Assembly (NCBI GenBank): GCA_030065735.1
Contig: JASJDD010000016.1
Span: 1-28,064 of the forward strand
Length of the DNA: 28,064 nucleotides
From: Crocosphaera sp.
GTDB taxonomy: Bacteria; Cyanobacteriota; Cyanobacteriia; Cyanobacteriales; Microcystaceae
Direction of reading: 5' to 3'
Position numbers and translations under genes: made by a program. The stretch's first letter is position 1; each line of letters begins with the position of its first letter. Shown in pieces: positions 23,845-28,064 of this stretch. The notes beneath the pieces were generated by a model. That model was given only the letters and a program-made list of their open reading frames with translations. It was not told the origin of the DNA and searched no databases.

Positions 23845-25572
23845 ATGGTTGCAACTCCCATCAAAACAGAAAATCGTTTAACTATACAAACTGCTGATAT
23901 TGCTGAAGATACCACTACTATACGTTCTTTGGACTGGGATCGCGATCGCTTTGACATTGAGTTTGGCCTGCAAAACGGAACGACCTACAACTCCTATATC
24001 ATTCGGGGTGATAAAATTGCTTTAATAGACACCTCCCACGCTAAGTTTCGTCAGCTATACCTAGATACCCTAATGGGACTGATTGATCCCAAAACCATCG
24101 ATTATTTGGTTATTAGTCACACCGAACCGGATCATAGTGGTTTGGTTAAAGATATCTTAGAATTGGCTCCCCAAGCAACGGTAGTGGGATCAAAAGTTGC
24201 CATAAACTTTCTAGAAGACTTTATTCATCAACCCTTTGAACGTATTTTAGTCAAAAGCGGTGAGTCTTTGGACTTAGGGAAAGGTCATGTTTTAGATTTT
24301 GTTAGTGCGCCTAATTTACATTGGCCTGACACGATTTTAACCTACGACCAAGGTACAGAAACTTTGTTCACCTGTGATGTCTTTGGAATGCACTATTGTT
24401 CTGATCGGCTTTATGATGAACATTTAGAGGATATTGCCCCAGACTATCACTTCTATTATGAATGTTTGATGGGTCCCAATGCGCGATCAGTCCTGTCTGC
24501 CATGAAACGCATGGATAAGTTAGGAACTATTTCTACCGTTGCCAATGGTCATGGGCCTTTGTTGCGCTATAATTTGCATGAGCTAGTAGAACGCTATCGG
24601 AGTTGGAGCGAAGAACAAAGCAAAGCTGATAAAAGCGTGGCCGTGTTTTATATCTCTGACTACGGATACAGCGATCGCCTTTCTCAAGCCATTGCCAAGG
24701 GGATTACCAAGGCCGGTGTAGCGGTGGAAATGGTAGACTTAAAATCGGCTGACACCCAAGATGTCCACGAAATCGTTAGTCGTTCTGCCGGTTTAGTGAT
24801 TGGTATGCCGCCCCTAGAAGGTCATCATAACAAAGAAACCACCAGTAACATCGGAACCATTATTGCTGCAGCCAAAAACAAGCAATATATTGGGATGTTT
24901 GAATCTTATGGAGGAAACGACGAACCCATCGATCCCTTATTAACCAAGTTTAGAGAAGCCGGTTTAAGTAAAGGATTTAACTCCATTCGGGTCAAAGATA
25001 CCCCCAGTGAAGCCATTTATCAACTCTGTGAAGAAGCAGGAACGGACTTAGGACAAACTTTAACCCAAGATCGCAAGGTCAAGCAACGAAAATCCTTAGA
25101 TAGCGACTTAGATAAAGCGATCGGTCGTATTAGTAGTGGTTTATACATCCTAACCGCCAATAAAGGGGAACTCAACGGGGCGATGTTAGCCTCTTGGGTA
25201 ACACAAGCCAGTTTTGAACCCCCAGGGTTTACCGTTGCGGTAGCGAAAGATCGGGCGATCGAGTCGTTAATGCAGGTGGGGGATAGTTTCGTTTTAAACA
25301 TCCTCGAAGAAGGCAAATATCAACCCCTCATGAAGCATTTCCTCAAAAGATTCCGTCCTGGGGCTGATCGTTTTGAAGGAATAAATATCCAAACTGCCAA
25401 GAATGGATCACCGATTTTAGTGGATGCTTTAGCGTATTTAGAATGCGAAGTCGTCAGTCGTATGGAATGTAGCGATCATTGGATTGTTTACAGTAAAGTC
25501 ACCAATGGACGAGTTTCCAACCCCGATGGTTTAACCGCTATTCATCACCGAAAAGTAGGAAATTATTATTAA
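23845..25572 (+). CDS. flv3: Flavodiiron protein (class C: metallo-beta-lactamase-like, flavodoxin-like and flavin-reductase domains), Flv3-type
   Basis: The sequence reads TIRSLDWDRDRFDIEFGLQNGTTYNSYII and carries the canonical diiron ligand motif SHTEPDHSG. A flavodoxin-like middle domain and a C-terminal flavin-reductase-like domain (GLYILTA...MLASWVTQASFEPPG) follow. The canonical H-x-E-x-D-H suggests the Flv3/Flv4 clade, and the lack of a flv4-flv2 operon context favours Flv3. The ATG at 23845 has GGAGAGAGA upstream; the ORF track starts at GTG 23800. Confidence 0.8.
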   Translation: MVATPIKTENRLTIQTADIAEDTTTIRSLDWDRDRFDIEFGLQNGTTYNSYIIRGDKIALIDTSHAKFRQLYLDTLMGLIDPKTIDYLVISHTEPDHSGLVKDILELAPQATVVGSKVAINFLEDFIHQPFERILVKSGESLDLGKGHVLDFVSAPNLHWPDTILTYDQGTETLFTCDVFGMHYCSDRLYDEHLEDIAPDYHFYYECLMGPNARSVLSAMKRMDKLGTISTVANGHGPLLRYNLHELVERYRSWSEEQSKADKSVAVFYISDYGYSDRLSQAIAKGITKAGVAVEMVDLKSADTQDVHEIVSRSAGLVIGMPPLEGHHNKETTSNIGTIIAAAKNKQYIGMFESYGGNDEPIDPLLTKFREAGLSKGFNSIRVKDTPSEAIYQLCEEAGTDLGQTLTQDRKVKQRKSLDSDLDKAIGRISSGLYILTANKGELNGAMLASWVTQASFEPPGFTVAVAKDRAIESLMQVGDSFVLNILEEGKYQPLMKHFLKRFRPGADRFEGINIQTAKNGSPILVDALAYLECEVVSRMECSDHWIVYSKVTNGRVSNPDGLTAIHHRKVGNYY

Positions 25573-25603
25573 GAAACCCTCTTTTCTAACTACTTTTTAT
25601 CAG

Positions 25604-25631
25604 CCTTCTGCCCCCTGCCCCCTGCCTTCTT
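25604..25631. repeat. Short heptamer array CCTTCTG CCCCCTG CCCCCTG CCTTCTT
   Basis: I counted four contiguous 7-nt units by hand, between the convergent flv and PP2C genes. Confidence 0.6.
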
Positions 25632-27820
25632 CAAGGTTTTGATGGTTCGCAATTTCCCACAGTTTCCCCTTGATAGGGTCGATAAACAGAAGGTTGTAAA
25701 TTGGGGGTTGCTATCCAAGCTTCTTTGCCTTCTAATTCCTTTAAAGAAAGGGCTTCAGGGGATGTTTCAGCAGCTATTTGACAAATTTTGACCTTGATGG
25801 CTTTTTGGGTGTCTTCTTGGGTCAAAATTTGTAATATGCTGTCAGGAGGAACGTCTTGAGCAAGTTGATTCCCTGCGGGGGTTTCTTCTAGAGAAAGGGT
25901 TGTTCTGAGTTGAATCATTGTCCCCGATTCAGGTAAGGAAGACTGAGGAGGAGGGGAAGGAGAAGGGACAGAAATAGGAGTGGGAGTGGGTTGTAGCAGT
26001 TTCCACAGACCATAAACCCCTGCACCAATAATCAGAACGATGATTCCTAAAAGACTGAAGAGAAGAAAGAAGTTCCTTTTTTTGAGGACTGGTGTTTCGT
26101 CCCTTGAGGGAAAGGGTTCCGTTGGTTGTAAGTCTGAAGGAAGATCATCAGAGGTGTCTATGGTCGGATTAATTTCTTCTTTGGCAGTTTCAAAGGATGC
26201 TTCAATCGAGGTAATGGATAAGGGAGTGGGTTCGACAGAGGAGAACTTGATTTGACAGTAAAGAAGAGAAATTGTCACATTATCATGACCATTCTTATCA
26301 TTAGCGACATCAATCAGTTCTTTCCCTACAGTCGGTAAATCTTTTTCTTGAGTTAAAATCCCCGCAATTTTTAGCTTCCAATACTGATCAACCCGATCAT
26401 AATCACTTAAACCATCAGAACATAACAAGAAAATACAATCATCATCCGTAATCAAACGGGTAAGATTAGGATAGAGAGAATTAGCATTCGTCATACCTAA
26501 TGCTTGTACTAAAGCCCCAGCATTGGGATATTTAATGGCATCTCGATAGAATAAATACCCTAAACGCACTTCTCTAGAAGCTAAATCATCATCAGTGGTG
26601 ACTTGGTGACAACTCTCAGGGGTAATGCGATAAATGCGGGAGTCTCCGACACTGGCTAAATAAACCTCGTGGTCATGGACTAAACTTAAGACCAAGGTCG
26701 TTCCCATGCGTTGTCTATCTTGACGATTTTCAGCGTCGTTGCGTTCACTAATGCGATTATTGCTCAGACTAATGACTTCTGCCAAGTCTTGTAACCCTTG
26801 TTGACTATTGCGAGTCTCACTAAACATCGGCAGTTTAGGAATTTCTTCTACGAGGGTATCAATGGCTAAGTTGGAGGCAATTTCTCCTCCATCTTGTCCT
26901 CCAACCCCATCACAAACAATAGTGAAATTAGGTTGGTTAGCAGGGGGTTCTATCAGTTCTCCGGCCGGAGGATAACAAGCATCTTCGTTATGATCACGGG
27001 TTGGTCCGGCATCGGTTAAGGTAAAAATTTGGTATTGTTTGTCATACCAACGTCCACAGTCAGTTAAGGCAGGTTCAAAATAGGTTAAAAGATATTCAGG
27101 ATGGGGAATTTTGCCTCGTTGTAGATAATCACACAGGGATTGAAGATAATCAACAATCAAGGGGGAAGTGTCTTCGACTAGAGATAACCAGAGTTTCCCT
27201 AACTCTTTGACACTGTGGAAATTATGTTCGTCTTGATGAAAATCTAATAATTGAATCACCCCTGCATTGACTGCAACTAAGGAGAAATCGAGTAAACTCG
27301 ATACCATTTGCTGTCCTGCTAAGGGTTGCCACAGTGTGGCCATTTGCCATAACCAGTTTAACTGTCGTAAAGGATTATCCTTGGCTTGAGGCCAAATTTC
27401 CGTTAATTTAGGCAATAATTCAGGATAGCGAGGTTCTCCTGATTCGTTAAGGGGAATCGTTCCATATTCGAGGAGACCAATTTCACCCCCTTGATCAGAT
27501 TCTTCTGAAAAAGGATTGTAGTAAGTATAGATTTGGGGTAAATGGAGACGATAAGGAAATAACCGTAGATATTTTCTAAGTTTATCGGGAATATCTTCAC
27601 TAAACTCAGGGGGAATTCCGGGCTTGCTATCTAAGACAACCTGATGGCTAATCAGCCAATAGCGTTCATCAACTAACTGTCCCACCTCCAATGATTCTAT
27701 CCAGTCCCCTAAAGGTCGTAGATATCGTTTGAGGAGAGGGGTTTCACATTTCTCGCACACTCGGTTCTCTGAAGGGTTGATCGTTTGGCATTCAGGGTTA
27801 GAACATTGAATAGTTGCCAT
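25631..27820 (-). CDS. Membrane-anchored PP2C Ser/Thr phosphatase with N-terminal 4-Cys zinc ribbon and a degenerate kinase-like domain
   Basis: The N-terminus is CSNPECQTINPSENRVCEKCETPL (C-x2-C-x12-C-x2-C). Residues ~40-260 are kinase-like but lack the catalytic motifs. PP2C motifs are RDHNEDA, VCDGVGG, GTTLVLSLV, ASVGDSRIY, LLCSDGL and DNVTISLL. One TM helix (FFLLFSLLGIIVLIIGAGVYGLW) is followed by a Pro-rich linker and a ~110-aa C-terminal domain. Confidence 0.85.
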   Translation of the reverse strand: MATIQCSNPECQTINPSENRVCEKCETPLLKRYLRPLGDWIESLEVGQLVDERYWLISHQVVLDSKPGIPPEFSEDIPDKLRKYLRLFPYRLHLPQIYTYYNPFSEESDQGGEIGLLEYGTIPLNESGEPRYPELLPKLTEIWPQAKDNPLRQLNWLWQMATLWQPLAGQQMVSSLLDFSLVAVNAGVIQLLDFHQDEHNFHSVKELGKLWLSLVEDTSPLIVDYLQSLCDYLQRGKIPHPEYLLTYFEPALTDCGRWYDKQYQIFTLTDAGPTRDHNEDACYPPAGELIEPPANQPNFTIVCDGVGGQDGGEIASNLAIDTLVEEIPKLPMFSETRNSQQGLQDLAEVISLSNNRISERNDAENRQDRQRMGTTLVLSLVHDHEVYLASVGDSRIYRITPESCHQVTTDDDLASREVRLGYLFYRDAIKYPNAGALVQALGMTNANSLYPNLTRLITDDDCIFLLCSDGLSDYDRVDQYWKLKIAGILTQEKDLPTVGKELIDVANDKNGHDNVTISLLYCQIKFSSVEPTPLSITSIEASFETAKEEINPTIDTSDDLPSDLQPTEPFPSRDETPVLKKRNFFLLFSLLGIIVLIIGAGVYGLWKLLQPTPTPISVPSPSPPPQSSLPESGTMIQLRTTLSLEETPAGNQLAQDVPPDSILQILTQEDTQKAIKVKICQIAAETSPEALSLKELEGKEAWIATPNLQPSVYRPYQGETVGNCEPSKP

Positions 27821-28064
27821 AGGTTCTGTAATGACAGCGATTGTAGGGACAGTTGAATAAATAAGCCCGATAACATAAGCTATTATAGCGTTTCTCCCCT
27901 AAGACCATAAAAGCAAAGTTATCTCTGTTAAGGGGGTCGCTCGTCTTGTCCACAGGCGTAACTTCGGCCATAGCTTGACCTAGTTTTTTGAGGTTATTTG
28001 CTGCGTTTAAATCCCTATCTATTTGATAATGACATTTCTCGCAACAAAATACTCTTTCAGATAA
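27798..28064 (-). mobile_element. tnpB: 3' end of a TnpB (IS200/IS605 OrfB, RNA-guided nuclease) gene plus the presumed right end of the IS; truncated by the window edge
   Basis: Reverse-strand translation from base 28064 gives LSERVFCCEKCHYQIDRDLNAANNLKKLGQAMAEVTPVDKTSDPL... It contains the C-x2-C zinc-finger half and the DRD-x-NAA-x-N RuvC-III motif characteristic of TnpB C-termini. The frame stays open to a TAA at 27798-27800. It is not in the ORF track because the start lies outside the window. Confidence 0.7.

Noticed and set aside
21460-26255. Small antisense ORFs 21460-21678, 25020-25316 and 26040-26255, and the same-strand out-of-frame ORF 27403-27600
   Set aside because: Each is embedded in a motif-rich gene (ABC ATPase, flavodiiron protein, PP2C). 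The antisense ones lie on the opposite strand, and 27403-27600 lies in another frame.

Overview
This window is a cyanobacterial chromosomal segment. It carries 11 copies of the HIP1 octamer GCGATCGC, several heptamer (STRR-like) tandem arrays, and the genes psb27, a flavodiiron protein, ycf46 and ycf35. All family assignments come from motifs read in the supplied translations; no database search was possible.

Content from left to right:
- A rearrangement scar (1-746) where two truncated genes abut.
- A low-molecular-weight tyrosine phosphatase translationally coupled by an ATGA overlap to a small DUF3148/SipA-like protein.
- An envelope-glycan block: an SGNH hydrolase, two paralogous GT-C (ArnT/PMT-like) membrane transferases, an ArnC-like polyprenyl-phosphate sugar transferase and two further GT2 enzymes. 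Housekeeping genes are interspersed (SirB1-like, tRNA-Gln, pyrC, lepB, tRNA-Ser).
- A three-gene cassette of an RHH protein, a Ycf46-type AAA+ ATPase and Ycf35/DUF1257 (12.6-15.0 kb). I consider this the most interesting unexplained system here.
- An uncharacterised 369-aa protein.
- A FetB-like permease, a redoxin, a secreted TPR protein and Psb27.
- An orphan dual-NBD ABC ATPase.
- A repeat-containing tail-anchored coiled-coil protein.
- An Flv3-type flavodiiron protein.
- A membrane PP2C phosphatase with a 4-Cys zinc ribbon and a degenerate kinase-like domain.
- The 3' end of a TnpB (IS200/IS605) gene at the right edge, abutting the PP2C start codon.

The non-coding structure is rich:
- A 34-nt dispersed repeat family is present in three direct copies, one of them inside a MITE-like inverted-repeat unit.
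- There are four heptamer arrays.
- There is an in-frame 33-nt tandem repeat.

No CRISPR array or rRNA was seen.
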